This document shows, piece by piece, positions 35,908 to 53,208 of a stretch of DNA of 64,000 bases. Origin of the DNA: Bacteroidaceae bacterium (GTDB lineage Bacteria > Bacteroidota > Bacteroidia > Bacteroidales > Bacteroidaceae); NCBI GenBank assembly GCA_017521285.1, contig JAFXDG010000131.1:40628-104627 (forward strand), given 5' to 3'. Both the position numbers and the translations under genes were made by a program. Positions within the stretch are counted from its first letter, which is position 1; every line of letters begins with the position of its first letter. The notes under the pieces were generated by a model, which saw nothing but the letters and a program-made list of their open reading frames with translations, searched no databases and had not been told where the DNA came from.

Positions 35908-37962
35908 TTAGTTAATCAGATAAATCTTCTGCACACCTTTGTAGGTACACTTCACGGTAGCACGTCCCTCAACGATGGGGCTGATTTCAAAGGATACACC
36001 GGGCTGATCGGCTGTAGCCTTCAATACAGTACCCTTCTTCAAGGGACCGTAAGCCTGATAGCGAATGGCATCGCTAAGACCATTGGCATTGGTGAAACGG
36101 ATGGGAGTAGTGGGCAGATTCAACTTCTGACCATCGGCAGTGATGGTGACAACGGGAACGGCCGGACGCTCGCAAACGGTACCAGTCTTAGAGAAGCCGA
36201 TTCCGTGGAGATCCATCAGACCAACAGGACGCTGAGGTTGCTGCTGACGGCCACCCCATCCCTGACGGTTGTTGTTCTGCTGGGGTTGCTGTATCTCGGG
36301 ACCTTCCACCACCAGGTAGATGGCATGTTTTCCCTTCAAGCCCTCAACGGCAGGCACAGCCACCTGATAATTCTTGGCCACACGGGGAGCATCGGCGGGA
36401 ACATCAATCACGGCAATCTCCTGTCCCTTCCAGGTTTCGTTGGCATAGGGGCCATCGAGCATGACACGAATCTTGAATGCTCCGTGTCCGCCAGGAGTCA
36501 GGTTGACGTTAAGCATAGTGCCATCGCCCTTCTGAGCACCAACGAAGGCTTTCACACCCTTGGTGTCTTTCTCCAATCCACCAAAGCCGAAGTACTTGAA
36601 TCCTACAATACCACGATTGGTGATGCCGGCAAGATCCATGTTGTTGTCCCACACATCGTAATTGTCCTGCATCCAGTTGTTACCAGTCACATAGCAAGCA
36701 TATCCAGCTGAATAGTATGCATAGGGAGGAAGACCGAAAATCTGGAAACCTTCACTGGTCACTTCAGCACCAGTGTATTCAGTGCCATCAGAAGCCTTGG
36801 CTGTCCATTCGTTACCCTTCACATAGGGGTCGTAACCGGTAATCTTCACGATACCACCATCGGCCACTTTCTTCTTGTCCCAAGTAATCTTCACAGGAGC
36901 AACCATTGCCTGACGGGCATTTCCGAAGCCACGGGGAGGACGGTGATAGAATACGTACCACTGGCCATTGATCTCTTCGATAGAGCCGTGAGTGTTGTGA
37001 GCGAAGTTGGCAGTAGTCAAGTGAGTGCCATCTTCATTGGGAACCACACCACGAGAGTCAACCAACACACCACCTGAACGCCACGGGCCAAGCGGAGAGT
37101 CACCGAAGGCATAACGAAGAGCTGAGTTGGTGGAACCCAAACCATAGTCGGGGCCTGAATAGCCGGAGAACACCATCACATACTTGTTGCCCACCTTGCG
37201 GATCGAAGAGGCTTCGAAGAAGTTGAAGTCACCGGGATTCTGTCCCTTATAGAGGGCAGGATACTGAGTACCTTCGGGATCGCGAACCACACCATAGCGG
37301 CTGCTGGCAGGAATGAAATAGTCGCGCAATTCAGTACCGGGACGCATAGAGTACATAGTATTCTGATCCAACTCACAAGCTGTAGAGTGTTGGAAACCGT
37401 AGAAGACGTATGCACGGAAACCCTTGTCGTAATCGGGGTCCTTCTTGTCGGTAACATATTCAATAAATACCGAGGGGTCGAAGTCGATAAGTGAACCGGG
37501 CAGACACTGACGTCCATCGGGAGTCAGGTTGACGGGCGTGAAGGGACCATCAGGACGATCACCCTTGCAAACCATAGCCACACGACGCCAACCGCGTGAA
37601 TGGGGATAAAGATAATAAGTTTTTTTACCTGTCTCACGATCCTTCACCTCCACGAGGTCAGGAGCAAACATTGTGTCCCACTGACCATCAACGAAATGGG
37701 TAAAGATGGGACCTTCGTCGCGCCATTGGCTGAGGTCTTCCACTGGAGCTGACCACATACGGATATCGGGGCCACAATAAGCGGAATAGTTGACATCGTG
37801 AGAACCGATGATGTAAGCACGGAGCTTACCCGGATTGTCCGGATCTTCAAACACACGGGGTTCGCCATCAGGCACATGTTCCCACAAGGGCAAATAGGGG
37901 TTCTGTGCATTCACAGAAGTTGCCGCCAAAAGGAGCAACAGTTGCAAAAATCTTTTTTTCAT
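35908..37962 (-). CDS. GH43-like five-bladed beta-propeller glycosidase with C-terminal CBM6-like domain
   Basis: NPYLPLWEHVPDGEPRVF, FAPD, DFDPSVF, FFEASSIRK, NTHGSI...NGQWYVFYHR. Confidence 0.8.
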   Translation of the reverse strand: MKKRFLQLLLLLAATSVNAQNPYLPLWEHVPDGEPRVFEDPDNPGKLRAYIIGSHDVNYSAYCGPDIRMWSAPVEDLSQWRDEGPIFTHFVDGQWDTMFAPDLVEVKDRETGKKTYYLYPHSRGWRRVAMVCKGDRPDGPFTPVNLTPDGRQCLPGSLIDFDPSVFIEYVTDKKDPDYDKGFRAYVFYGFQHSTACELDQNTMYSMRPGTELRDYFIPASSRYGVVRDPEGTQYPALYKGQNPGDFNFFEASSIRKVGNKYVMVFSGYSGPDYGLGSTNSALRYAFGDSPLGPWRSGGVLVDSRGVVPNEDGTHLTTANFAHNTHGSIEEINGQWYVFYHRPPRGFGNARQAMVAPVKITWDKKKVADGGIVKITGYDPYVKGNEWTAKASDGTEYTGAEVTSEGFQIFGLPPYAYYSAGYACYVTGNNWMQDNYDVWDNNMDLAGITNRGIVGFKYFGFGGLEKDTKGVKAFVGAQKGDGTMLNVNLTPGGHGAFKIRVMLDGPYANETWKGQEIAVIDVPADAPRVAKNYQVAVPAVEGLKGKHAIYLVVEGPEIQQPQQNNNRQGWGGRQQQPQRPVGLMDLHGIGFSKTGTVCERPAVPVVTITADGQKLNLPTTPIRFTNANGLSDAIRYQAYGPLKKGTVLKATADQPGVSFEISPIVEGRATVKCTYKGVQKIYLIN

Positions 37963-37980
37963 ATTTATTATTTAGGGTAT

Positions 37981-38032
37981 AAAAGCGACGAGTTGGTTTG
38001 GGAGGCGGATATACGCCTCCATACCAACTCGT
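37981..38032 (-). terminator. Intrinsic terminator after the GH10-CE1 gene
   Basis: acgagttggt..ggaggcg / cgcctcc..accaactcgt stem, with an A-tract on the + strand. Confidence 0.65.
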
Positions 38033-38049
38033 ACCTATAACTGAATATT

Positions 38050-40236
<2,187 letters not shown>

Positions 40237-40404
40237 TTATAAAAAGGAGTCACCAACTTTTATACATGTGTCTCATACTTTTGTTTTTGTTTCACTCACA
40301 TGAGAAACAAACCGTTAGACTTCATATAATCTCATATGCAATCCAAACAAGCTTATGAGCGACATCATGCCACCTCATCACTCTCCGTAAAAAGAGAAGG
40401 TAGC

Positions 40405-40448
40405 AAAAAAAGAAATGCGACTTGCATTTTAAAATCCAAGTCGCATTT
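40405..40448 (-). terminator. Hairpin after the GH95 gene
   Basis: 12-bp arms aaatgcgacttg / caagtcgcattt, with an A-tract on the + strand. Confidence 0.55.
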
Positions 40449-40489
40449 TCCTGAGTGCAAGCCGCACTTTTTAGAGGAGGAAAAAGATG

Positions 40490-42931
40490 TTACATTTTCA
40501 CCTTGTATGTTTTTCCCGGTTGAGTCACGATGTCGTACTCATACACCTTTTGGAGAGAGAGCGTCTTAAAATCCTTCAATTCTTTTGACTTCAAAGGTTC
40601 TTTGATGCTGGCCGGTGCCAACAAGTCATTAGGACATTCGCCTTTGGCTACTTGCAGACCTTTACCTGTCAAAGGAACGTATGAACGGATACGCAAGGTG
40701 CCACCGATGGTTGAATGAATGGTTGCCTGGGTGAGCGCTCCCCCACTCCAAGCCATATCTACTTCAAAGCCACCACGGGCACGGAGACCCTTCACTTCAC
40801 CTTCTCCCCATGCATCGGGAAGAGCGGGAAGCAGGTGCACAGCACCATCGTGACTTTGGAGAAGCATTTCGCACACACCGGCCGAGCATCCGAAGTTTCC
40901 ATCAATCTGGAAAGGAGGATGAGCATCAAACAAGTTGGGATAAGTACGTCCGTCAGGATAGTTGCGTGCTTGTCCGTCATCGGGAAGCAGATGAAGCATG
41001 TTCTTGATAATCTGGAAAGCATGGTTACCATCGAGCATACGTGCCCAAAAGTTGATTTTCCAACCGAGGCTCCATCCTGTAGCCATGTCACCGCGTTGGT
41101 TCAATGTATTGGCCGATGCGGTGAACAGTTCAGGATGAGTGTAGGGAGAAATCTGATTGGAGGGATAAAGTCCGTAAAGGTGTGAGATGTGGCGATGCTG
41201 GTCGCGTGGATTATCGGCATCGATAAGCCACTCCTGCAATTGACCATGGCGACCAATCTGCATAGGAGGAAGCTGGTCAATGGCCTTGCGCAGACGGGCG
41301 GTGTAGGCATCATCACCCTTACCCAAAACCTCCGTAGCTTGCAAAGCGGTGTTGAGCACATCAAACACGATCTGGTTGTCCATGGTCGAACCTGCTGTCA
41401 CATTCGTGCCTTTTCCTTGAGGGCCATGTTCGGGCGATACAGTAGGCAATGTCATCAGCCATCCATACTGGGGATGCACCTTCATGTAGTCAAGCAAGAA
41501 GTCGGCTGCACCCTTCAATATCTCGTAATTGTTGGCCAAGAAATTCTTGTCACCAGTGTAGAGGTAATGTTGCCACAAATGAGTACTCAACCAAGCGCCA
41601 CCAGTGGGGAACATACCCCATGGAGTACCATCTACGGGGCCTGCAATACGCCACAAGTCGGTATTGTGGTGAGCCATCCAACCGCTGCACCCATACATCT
41701 GACGAGCCGTTTGGGCACCTGACACACTGAGGTCGCGAATCATGGAGAAGAGCGGATCCTGAGTCTCGAACAAGTTACCCACAAGTGCCGGCCAATAGTT
41801 CATCTCAGCATTGATATTGATGGTATATTTTGAATCCCAAGGAGCATTCATCTTGTCATTCCATACACCTTGTAAATTGGCGGGTTGTCCACCGGGTTGT
41901 GAACTGGAGATGAGCAGATAACGACCATATTGCATCATCAGCGACACCATATCCATGTCGTTTCCACCAGCGAAAGCGGCCAATCGTTTGTCAGTCTCCA
42001 AGGCTGAATTTTCCGATTTGGGCAGTGTGAGCGACACACGGTCGTATTGTGCGCGATACTCAGCGATGTGTGCCTTCAGCAACTGGTCGTATTTCTTTCC
42101 TTCGAGTGAAGCCAAAGCTGCTTCGTTGTCGAGTGAAGGATTGTGGCTCACGTTGCGATAGTTGACAAAGTTGGTAGCGGCCACAATGTAGAGAGTGGCC
42201 GTGGTAGCATCCTTTACCATAAGAGTGGCACTGTTCTCTTCCAACTGGCCATCTGTAAGTACTTGGGTGCGGCACTCAGCCATCAGCACACCTTGTATGC
42301 CTTCTTGCTCCACATTCTTCACACGGGCAATGAGCTGGCCGTTGCCCACCTGCTTCTCGGCTTGCAATTGTCCGTCGAAACCAACGGTGAAGGAGAGTGC
42401 CCCCTTTTTGTCGGCCTCGATGCGTACAATGATAACATCATCGGCTTGCGAAGCAAAAACAGTGCGGGTGTAGCGTACACCTTTATATATATAAGAGGTA
42501 GAAGCAAGGGCATTGCCCAAATTCAATTCACGCTCGTACCCCTCCACCTGCTGGTGACCAAAGTTCAACTGGATATTTCCCACAGGCAGATAGCGCATAC
42601 CATGAGGTCCCTTGACAAAATGATTGTCAATCAACGTGGCAGCCTCGCGTTCACGTCCTTCAAAAATCAGACGTTGTACCTCGGGCAGATGCTCCAATGA
42701 TTCGCTGCTATTATTTTCGTGAGGTCCCCCTGACCAGAAAGTCTCTTCATTGAGTTGCAGGGTTTCTACCTCAGTACCGCCATACACCATGGCTCCCAGC
42801 TTTGAATTACCTACCGGCAAAGCCTCCAGCCAATGTGCGGCAGGCTTGCTATACCAAAGTCGATGGTCTTGTGCTTGTAAAACGACGCCTGTCACCATCA
42901 GGAGCAAGGCCGTCAGAAATCCTTTTTTCAT
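40490..42931 (-). CDS. GH95 alpha-L-fucosidase/alpha-L-galactosidase
   Basis: [80 protein letters not shown]. Confidence 0.93.
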   Translation of the reverse strand: MKKGFLTALLLMVTGVVLQAQDHRLWYSKPAAHWLEALPVGNSKLGAMVYGGTEVETLQLNEETFWSGGPHENNSSESLEHLPEVQRLIFEGREREAATLIDNHFVKGPHGMRYLPVGNIQLNFGHQQVEGYERELNLGNALASTSYIYKGVRYTRTVFASQADDVIIVRIEADKKGALSFTVGFDGQLQAEKQVGNGQLIARVKNVEQEGIQGVLMAECRTQVLTDGQLEENSATLMVKDATTATLYIVAATNFVNYRNVSHNPSLDNEAALASLEGKKYDQLLKAHIAEYRAQYDRVSLTLPKSENSALETDKRLAAFAGGNDMDMVSLMMQYGRYLLISSSQPGGQPANLQGVWNDKMNAPWDSKYTININAEMNYWPALVGNLFETQDPLFSMIRDLSVSGAQTARQMYGCSGWMAHHNTDLWRIAGPVDGTPWGMFPTGGAWLSTHLWQHYLYTGDKNFLANNYEILKGAADFLLDYMKVHPQYGWLMTLPTVSPEHGPQGKGTNVTAGSTMDNQIVFDVLNTALQATEVLGKGDDAYTARLRKAIDQLPPMQIGRHGQLQEWLIDADNPRDQHRHISHLYGLYPSNQISPYTHPELFTASANTLNQRGDMATGWSLGWKINFWARMLDGNHAFQIIKNMLHLLPDDGQARNYPDGRTYPNLFDAHPPFQIDGNFGCSAGVCEMLLQSHDGAVHLLPALPDAWGEGEVKGLRARGGFEVDMAWSGGALTQATIHSTIGGTLRIRSYVPLTGKGLQVAKGECPNDLLAPASIKEPLKSKELKDFKTLSLQKVYEYDIVTQPGKTYKVKM

Positions 42932-42966
42932 GTTATCAAAATATAGATTATTATTATTCATTTTCA

Positions 42967-45900
42967 CTATTTCACCACAATTTTCTTTCCATTCCTGATG
43001 TAGATGCCCTTTGTCGGTTTTTCTATCGGTTGGCCAAGCAGGTTGTAGTAGAGGCCGTCACCTTGATCAAACAATTCGTCCACCACAATTTCTTCCATGC
43101 CTGACGGACGCGAATAGTCACTATTGTTTGTCAGATACATGTCATCGACCACAATGTTGCCACTACCATTTGACCAAAAGCTGACAATGCGGATATTCTT
43201 CGTGTCGAGAGCCTTTCCTTTCAGATTTCCAGATGAATATTTGGCAGTTTTAAGGTTAAATATGATTTGCTTCTTCGCACCGAAGGCAGGCACTTCGCAA
43301 CAATCTCCCCAAATGCTATTGGTCGTAAAGAGGTTGAGATGTGCGTCGCAACTCTGTGTCTGCTTGAGTTTGATGACCAGATACTTATATCCCGACATGT
43401 CAGCACCATTGGGATACTCCCACCCCATCTGTCCCCATTGTCCGGGTCTGAAGGTGCGGGTACTTTCGGTATAGACACCATTGGCAAACAACGACGTATT
43501 GATGAACTCCTTGGCAAAGGGGAAGAAGGTTGAACGCACATTGAACGTTTCTTCCAACTCATTGCCCATCAAATCAGTATAAATGGCTTTTACTTGAGCT
43601 ATACCTTCGGCCAATCCGCCCACTTGTCCATTCTGAATGTCAATAATATCTGCCCCTTGCACCACATAGCGTGCTTGAGCTGCTACATTTTCGGTGTGTC
43701 CGTCGCGGAAAGTGACCATCAGTTCAATCGGTGTGCGGTTACCTATCATGATTTCCATTTCATTGCCTCCGGACAAAGTCATTGACTCAGCCGTCAGCAT
43801 GTCGGCACTATACCCTTCGAATGTGGCCGGATAATATGTCGCTTCATCAAACTTCTCTTCGGTCGAGAACCAGTCAAAGTCTGCATATCCTTCACTTTCC
43901 AGACGTGTAGCATAGCAATAGAGGCCGAAACGTGCACCGACAAAGACACTCAGGTTATACCCCAAAGTGGTTTCACCACCCAATGATTGATAAGTGACAT
44001 TGTCAAACGAGTAATAGAAACGAGTCTTGCTGGTAGAGTAACTTATCGAAGCACGCAAGTAAATGATGCTGTCTGTCTGTATTTCAATACGTTTTTCTGC
44101 CGGAGTAAAGGAAGAAGAAGTACGCAATGTATCTTGTCGCCATACGAGGTATTGCTTGCCATCTTTCACCTGTACCGAGAGCATGGCATAAGGGTCTTGG
44201 AAGATACAGATACCGGCCACATCACCCTCTTGCAACTGACTGACATCCATGCGAACCGTACCTATAGAAGGTTTGTTATCGAAAGCAAAAATACGTTGGG
44301 TAAGCATATTGCGGGCTTGTGTCAGACGTTGGGCTGTGCCCGACGTTGACAGACGCATCCAACCCGGACGTTCAAAGAGCGACCATGAGCCATCATCGGG
44401 ATGGTGATTCCATTGCCATTGCATACCCAAGGGATAGGAGCGAAAATTGTCATTCGTAGGCAATGGTTGGCGCGGAGAAGCCACACTGGTTACAGGTTTT
44501 GCACAAGTCGTATAGAGTGCACCATCATTACCAATAACCGGCCAATCGCTCACCCATTTCACCGGTTGCATATTAGGGAAGCGGCCTAATGCACCGAGGT
44601 CTTCCTGCATGATTGTCCACCATGCGCCAGCCTCCGTTTCGATGAGCGCTCCCTGATGGACAGTGTTGGGCTTGCCATTAATGTATTTTTCAACCAACAT
44701 TTTCTCTTCATAAGGTCCGAAGATGTTCTTTGAGCGGAGTACTGTCTGTCCTGAAGGCCATCCGCCATAAGTGGCATAAATATAGTAATAATCGTCTTTT
44801 TTGTAAAGGTGGCAGCCTTCAAGCATTTCGGTGGCGGTAAAGACCGTCTTTTCTTGCACAAAGTTGAAATCTTCATCCAATTCACACATCTTGATTTCAG
44901 TATTTCCACAAGCCACATACACCTTGCCGTTATCAAACAACATACCCGGGTCGTAATACGAACGAGCCAACTTCTTCATCTGCCATTTTCCTTCGGGGTC
45001 ATCCGTTGTCAAAAGCCATCCTCCGGCATCGTTTCCATTTATGAGGATATAGAAGACCCCCTCGTGATAACTCATTGAACAAGCCCACATGCCGGCAGCA
45101 TAGGCATTCTGTCCGTTCAACAACTGATAGCGGTCAGTAGTTGACAGTTGGGTGAGCGGTTGGGCACAATAGTTCCAATTCACCAAGTCTTTTGATTTCA
45201 AGATGGTAGCACCAGGAAAATGATGCATGGTAGTGCTCACCATGTAATAGGTATCACCAACGCGGATAACATCGGGATCAGGAAAATCGGCTGCAATCAA
45301 GGGGTTACGATACTTACCATTACCCAAGTCGCCCAATGATACATTCTGAAAGTCAGCACGAGGCCAATTCTCATTGTAAAATTCTGCATACCAATCCATG
45401 CAAGTCTTTCCGCAAGCTTCCTCAAGCCCACCGAATGCAGGCACTACCTTTCCTTTATTTATAAGGGTGTCCACATCAATAAGACAAGCAGTACCCGAAA
45501 GTGTCATTGAAATATTCTCGTAATGGTCGAGGCAAGCCTTGAAAGCCTTCCCCCACTTCGACGTTGAACCAGTGGCCCATGTGCCGTAGTTAGACTCTAC
45601 CCATTCGCCGTGTTCGTTGTAATGCCCTGTACCTGGTTTGTGAGGACTCCAATCCACTTCGGTGATGATGACAGGAGCAATATTCACCACTGGCACCTGT
45701 TTGCCGAATTGGGCAATCTTCACCGCAGGATCGGGCGTATCGTCGCTGCTTCCGTACCATCCGCAATAGTCATGCACGGCATATCCGATGTTGTATCCCT
45801 CGACGGGATGGCTCATATAACTCTGATAGTTGCTCTGCCAACCCGAACCTGGAACCCAAACAATGCCGGTGAATCCGTTGGCACGAATCTTGTCAACAAT

Positions 45901-46602
45901 GGGTTGGAAATAGTCGTGTAAAGCAGCAGCATCGTCCTGTCCGTTAGCATTGCGAAGGTTTACGGGTTCGTTGGCAAGCTCAATGCTGACCTGTCCGGCA
46001 TATTTTTTGATGGAGTCGTTTTTGGAGAAAATGTCCCACACGGTCATCAAATAGTTCTGATAATAATCGCCTACCTGCAAATTGCCCGGACACACGCCGG
46101 GAGGACGCACTACTACATACATGCCGTGATTCATTGCTTTCTGTATTAGGGGCCAGTAGAGGGATGTCAAAAAAGTCTTCAGACGGTTCGGATTGAATTT
46201 CTTGATATCTGCCTCACCACTTGCATCAGCAGCTTGTCCCTTAGAGCCTTCATACACATACGTACTGCTTGGGTCGTTTGTCCAAGCAGGATCCAAATGT
46301 AAACGGAAGACGTTACATTTGGCCTCCTCCAAACCTTTGAACAATTTTTCAAAATAATTCTTGCATTTGGTAGCACCTGCACTGTTATAGTTCGTATTGG
46401 AGCCATCCCAAGGACTACCCCATCGCCATCCGTTGAAATACATGTTGGGAGTATCCATCACACCGTGCAGCACCACTTTATTCCCATGGGAATCCATCAG
46501 CCACTTGCCTTCGACATGTAAAGTTGGTAAGGGTTTCACACCTTGTGCCGTCAATACGATTGCCACACAGAGCATGGCTGCGGTTGTAATCAGTCGTTTC
46601 AT
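42967..46602 (-). CDS. Multimodular GH5 - GH43 (with C-terminal beta-sandwich) secreted enzyme, T9SS-type C-terminus
   Basis: GH5: ELANEP, AVHDY, ITEVDW. GH43: [35 protein letters not shown] sandwich; YYNLLGQ...[14 protein letters not shown]. Confidence 0.87.
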   Translation of the reverse strand: MKRLITTAAMLCVAIVLTAQGVKPLPTLHVEGKWLMDSHGNKVVLHGVMDTPNMYFNGWRWGSPWDGSNTNYNSAGATKCKNYFEKLFKGLEEAKCNVFRLHLDPAWTNDPSSTYVYEGSKGQAADASGEADIKKFNPNRLKTFLTSLYWPLIQKAMNHGMYVVVRPPGVCPGNLQVGDYYQNYLMTVWDIFSKNDSIKKYAGQVSIELANEPVNLRNANGQDDAAALHDYFQPIVDKIRANGFTGIVWVPGSGWQSNYQSYMSHPVEGYNIGYAVHDYCGWYGSSDDTPDPAVKIAQFGKQVPVVNIAPVIITEVDWSPHKPGTGHYNEHGEWVESNYGTWATGSTSKWGKAFKACLDHYENISMTLSGTACLIDVDTLINKGKVVPAFGGLEEACGKTCMDWYAEFYNENWPRADFQNVSLGDLGNGKYRNPLIAADFPDPDVIRVGDTYYMVSTTMHHFPGATILKSKDLVNWNYCAQPLTQLSTTDRYQLLNGQNAYAAGMWACSMSYHEGVFYILINGNDAGGWLLTTDDPEGKWQMKKLARSYYDPGMLFDNGKVYVACGNTEIKMCELDEDFNFVQEKTVFTATEMLEGCHLYKKDDYYYIYATYGGWPSGQTVLRSKNIFGPYEEKMLVEKYINGKPNTVHQGALIETEAGAWWTIMQEDLGALGRFPNMQPVKWVSDWPVIGNDGALYTTCAKPVTSVASPRQPLPTNDNFRSYPLGMQWQWNHHPDDGSWSLFERPGWMRLSTSGTAQRLTQARNMLTQRIFAFDNKPSIGTVRMDVSQLQEGDVAGICIFQDPYAMLSVQVKDGKQYLVWRQDTLRTSSSFTPAEKRIEIQTDSIIYLRASISYSTSKTRFYYSFDNVTYQSLGGETTLGYNLSVFVGARFGLYCYATRLESEGYADFDWFSTEEKFDEATYYPATFEGYSADMLTAESMTLSGGNEMEIMIGNRTPIELMVTFRDGHTENVAAQARYVVQGADIIDIQNGQVGGLAEGIAQVKAIYTDLMGNELEETFNVRSTFFPFAKEFINTSLFANGVYTESTRTFRPGQWGQMGWEYPNGADMSGYKYLVIKLKQTQSCDAHLNLFTTNSIWGDCCEVPAFGAKKQIIFNLKTAKYSSGNLKGKALDTKNIRIVSFWSNGSGNIVVDDMYLTNNSDYSRPSGMEEIVVDELFDQGDGLYYNLLGQPIEKPTKGIYIRNGKKIVVK

Positions 46603-46641
46603 TTGCTTTTTCCAGAATTGATTATGTAAATGATTCTTATA

Positions 46642-49008
46642 TTATTTCACCACAATTTTCTTTCCATTCCTAATGTAGATGCCCTTTGTCGGATTTTTCA
46701 CCGGTTGGCCAAGTAGGTTGTAGTAGATGCCGTCGCCCATTTCCCGCTTGTCCTCTTCCACACGGTAGATACCCTGTGGCACACGAGGTACGAGGTAGGC
46801 CGAGCGGAGGATGGTCGATTTGTTGCCCCCAGCCACCTTCAAGGCATTCACGTGTACGAAATTCTCCACACGGTCTTCGCCCTTATTAGTGAGTGTATTG
46901 TCCACATCGGCCAACGGCACGAGCAAAGCCCCCCATTCGTCACTCCAATAGGGGTCACTTGAGTCGAAGTTGAGAACTATCTGCTTGTACGACCCGTGGT
47001 CAATCAGGCGGTTGGCAATAATGCGCAGGTTGCCACCCGTACCACGCAATACAAGGGTGTCGTAGGGAGTGAGGTCGGCAAACTGGTTATAGATAACACC
47101 CGAACTCATCATCACTACACCACCGCCTCCAACGGACACATTCAAGTTCCAATCCACTTTTAAATTCTTATTCTTCGGTTGAGCATTTATGCCGGTGCCG
47201 TCCCATTCGTGAAACATGGAAGCAGTCATGGGCACCCAATGTTCGGGTACTTCCCAATCGTCGAAGAGGATACCTGTCTGTTGCTCTACATAGTTGTTGA
47301 CGTAAGCCAATGCCGTTGCCGTGCGTCGGGGAAAATAAGTATTGAGCAGACGGTTGCGTTCCTTCAAATAATGATTGTCAACAGTGTAGAGTTCACCACG
47401 CGACTGATAGGGATGCACATCGCGACGGTAGTCTCCCCAACGGGCAGATTCAACATAGACAGCATCATTGATGGTATAATAGAGACTGTCCCATAGGCTC
47501 ACCACCGAAGCTTCGCCCAAAAATCCTTCATCAGACAACACCTTGGAAGCACGTTTCAGATAGCGCTTCACAAAGTCAACATTTTGCAACAGGCAATGAA
47601 AAATCCATGTCGGTGAGGCATAGTTGTTCACGCTCATATTGTTGTCGTTGTCTCCTTCAAATATCTGTTCAGTATCCCAGCAAAGGAAGTGAAAACCTTC
47701 GGAGTCGGCTCCGCGCTTGCGGATGGCATACCAGTTGTGATGATCCCAATCGGTGTTTCCACCATACTGATTGATGAGCATGTAGTCTATAAATCCATCC
47801 ACATCAAGCAAGGCTCCCAAGGTGTCAGGCTGTCCATTCTTATCGAGACCCTGCAAGCGATTATAATAAGTATTGTCAGCCGCCTTGCCAACGATGCTTA
47901 TCATCTCATCCCATGCCACCAAATCACCCTCGGCCGCTTCATGGTGGTTGCCGCCCGACTCTTCAATCTTTACCACATCATAGTCGCTTTTTTTGCCTCC
48001 CAAATGCTCCTTACCATAGAGGTCGTCCACACGCTCGGCAATGTTGTAGAGTCCCCAATACATACCGTTGAGGAACAGATGGACATGGATGCCATCAACG
48101 GCGGGATGTCCCATGCGCTTCTGCATCTTGCGTGCCCACATGTCGCGTGTGTATTGTGCCTTAGGGCGTGCACCACCCCAGTGTTGCCATGAGTTTCCGA
48201 AGTGGCAGCGCAACACCAGCTGGTTGAACTTGTCGGCTCCCTCTTCGCCATAGAGCGGATACTCTAAGGTACCGGGACCATACTCACTCTTGAAAACAAG
48301 ACGAAGCGAGTGTTTCGGATTCTTCTCGGCCAAGCGTCCGTGTCCGCCATGCAGACGTAATCCGCAATCAATCTGCATACTATGGTTCTGTTTTCCACCA
48401 AACAATTCGGCACTGGCCGGACGTGTCCATCCATGTCCTGTAGCATCGCCCACGGGAGGGCCTGTATAGATGTAGATACCACCCGTCTGCTCATTATTTT
48501 CGTGGTTGAACAGATTCGCTTTGTCAGTCACGATAGAGAGGATAGGCAACTGGCGCAATCCTTGCATAATTTTCGGACGCAGGGTTGCATTTCCCGTCAT
48601 TTCGGGATCCATCTCATAGTCAGCTTTAGCACGGCCAGAGAATTGGTTGTATTTACCCCATTCGGCCGGATAGCCCTCAGGATTGTTCGGCTGGCTCATT
48701 ACCGACTCCATGAAAATATACGAAGCTGTAGTAACGGGCGAAAGGGTAGTCTCGTCCCACACCTCGCACGCACGCAGGAGGGTTGTCTCCTTCAGTTTCA
48801 AAGGTGCAACATAGCGGGGGCTTTCTGTCGTAGGTATCGAACCGTCGGTAGTATAGTGAATGGACAAACCTTCTTCCGAAGGAGTGATGGTAACGGTCAG
48901 TTCGTCCACTTCGTACAAACCGTGCGGCTGGTCAAAACGGACCTGTGCTTGGCCGAATAAGGTAAAAATCAAGAGGATAAACAGGATTATGAATTTGTAT
49001 CTGTTCAT
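46642..49008 (-). CDS. CotH-kinase-family secreted protein with N-terminal chitobiase/FN3-associated domain and T9SS-type C-terminus
   Basis: IHYTTDGS.PT; LRLHGG..R...NPKHSLRL.F, LFLNGMYWGLYN..ERVD, GNTDW.HHNW, WDTE. Confidence 0.8.
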   Translation of the reverse strand: MNRYKFIILFILLIFTLFGQAQVRFDQPHGLYEVDELTVTITPSEEGLSIHYTTDGSIPTTESPRYVAPLKLKETTLLRACEVWDETTLSPVTTASYIFMESVMSQPNNPEGYPAEWGKYNQFSGRAKADYEMDPEMTGNATLRPKIMQGLRQLPILSIVTDKANLFNHENNEQTGGIYIYTGPPVGDATGHGWTRPASAELFGGKQNHSMQIDCGLRLHGGHGRLAEKNPKHSLRLVFKSEYGPGTLEYPLYGEEGADKFNQLVLRCHFGNSWQHWGGARPKAQYTRDMWARKMQKRMGHPAVDGIHVHLFLNGMYWGLYNIAERVDDLYGKEHLGGKKSDYDVVKIEESGGNHHEAAEGDLVAWDEMISIVGKAADNTYYNRLQGLDKNGQPDTLGALLDVDGFIDYMLINQYGGNTDWDHHNWYAIRKRGADSEGFHFLCWDTEQIFEGDNDNNMSVNNYASPTWIFHCLLQNVDFVKRYLKRASKVLSDEGFLGEASVVSLWDSLYYTINDAVYVESARWGDYRRDVHPYQSRGELYTVDNHYLKERNRLLNTYFPRRTATALAYVNNYVEQQTGILFDDWEVPEHWVPMTASMFHEWDGTGINAQPKNKNLKVDWNLNVSVGGGGVVMMSSGVIYNQFADLTPYDTLVLRGTGGNLRIIANRLIDHGSYKQIVLNFDSSDPYWSDEWGALLVPLADVDNTLTNKGEDRVENFVHVNALKVAGGNKSTILRSAYLVPRVPQGIYRVEEDKREMGDGIYYNLLGQPVKNPTKGIYIRNGKKIVVK

Positions 49009-49119
49009 GGTTTTCTATATTTAAATTGCAATAATAGTTTTAGATTGCAAATATACAAAAAAAAGGGGGAACATCCCCCCTTCTTATTGTAACTTTTTCT
49101 TTTCTATATGTCTCATTGC

Positions 49120-49632
49120 TTAATTGTAGCTAAAATCGGGTGTCACCTCATGGTTGTCCCTGTCCATATCATCCTTCAACAAGGTGCCGTCGGGAGCAAA
49201 GTAAAGGTCGCGGTCACGCTGTCCGTTGGTTTCCACCTCAATCAGGTAGAAGGTATCAGACGGGCGCTCATATTTGTCCAAATCATCCACGCGCCATGTG
49301 GCATACTGACTGTCGGCAAACGCTTTTTGCACAGCATCAGGCAGTGCGGCAAGGCTCTTACCTAAATCTGTCTCTGTCATACGCCACTCTCCCTTGGTAT
49401 CAAACCAAGCATCAATAACGGCATTTGACCAAAACTCGGCCACATAATAGCCACGGTTCTTCTCCCACTCCACTCCATTCGCATTGGGATACATGGTTTC
49501 AAACGACTTCACTACGGCTTGCGGCACATCCGACCAACGGATATCGTCATCATTTTCACAACTGCTCATAAGTACCAAACTTACAAAAGCTACACACAGA
49601 TAATAACATGAATAAACTAAATACTTTTTCAT
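49120..49632 (-). CDS. PepSY-like (DUF2874/BLIP-like) lipoprotein
   Basis: Lipobox MSSC; two repeats VPQAV...F...YP....VEWE and LP.AV..AF....Y..W.VDD. Confidence 0.85.
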   Translation of the reverse strand: MKKYLVYSCYYLCVAFVSLVLMSSCENDDDIRWSDVPQAVVKSFETMYPNANGVEWEKNRGYYVAEFWSNAVIDAWFDTKGEWRMTETDLGKSLAALPDAVQKAFADSQYATWRVDDLDKYERPSDTFYLIEVETNGQRDRDLYFAPDGTLLKDDMDRDNHEVTPDFSYN

Positions 49633-49877
49633 AACGTTTCTTTTTTTAGGGTTTATACTCTATCTAACAAATTTTCTGTTGCAAAGATGCGGCTTGAATC
49701 TGAAAAGAATCTGAAAAATGCACCTAATGAAGAAAAAAAATGTATTTTGTTTGCAGAAAAGGTTGAAACACTCGAAAGATTTATGCATAGGAGGGATACA
49801 AAGAACAGAGACACAAAGTTTTTCAGTCTTCGTGTCTCTGTACAAAAGCGCAATCCGCGCCTAAAAGGTTCAAATGA

Positions 49878-51116
<1,239 letters not shown>

Positions 51117-51160
51117 TTATCTGTGTTCTATCTTAACTCTTTACACATTTGTACAACAGA

Positions 51161-53204
<2,044 letters not shown>

Positions 53205-53208
53205 GTCA

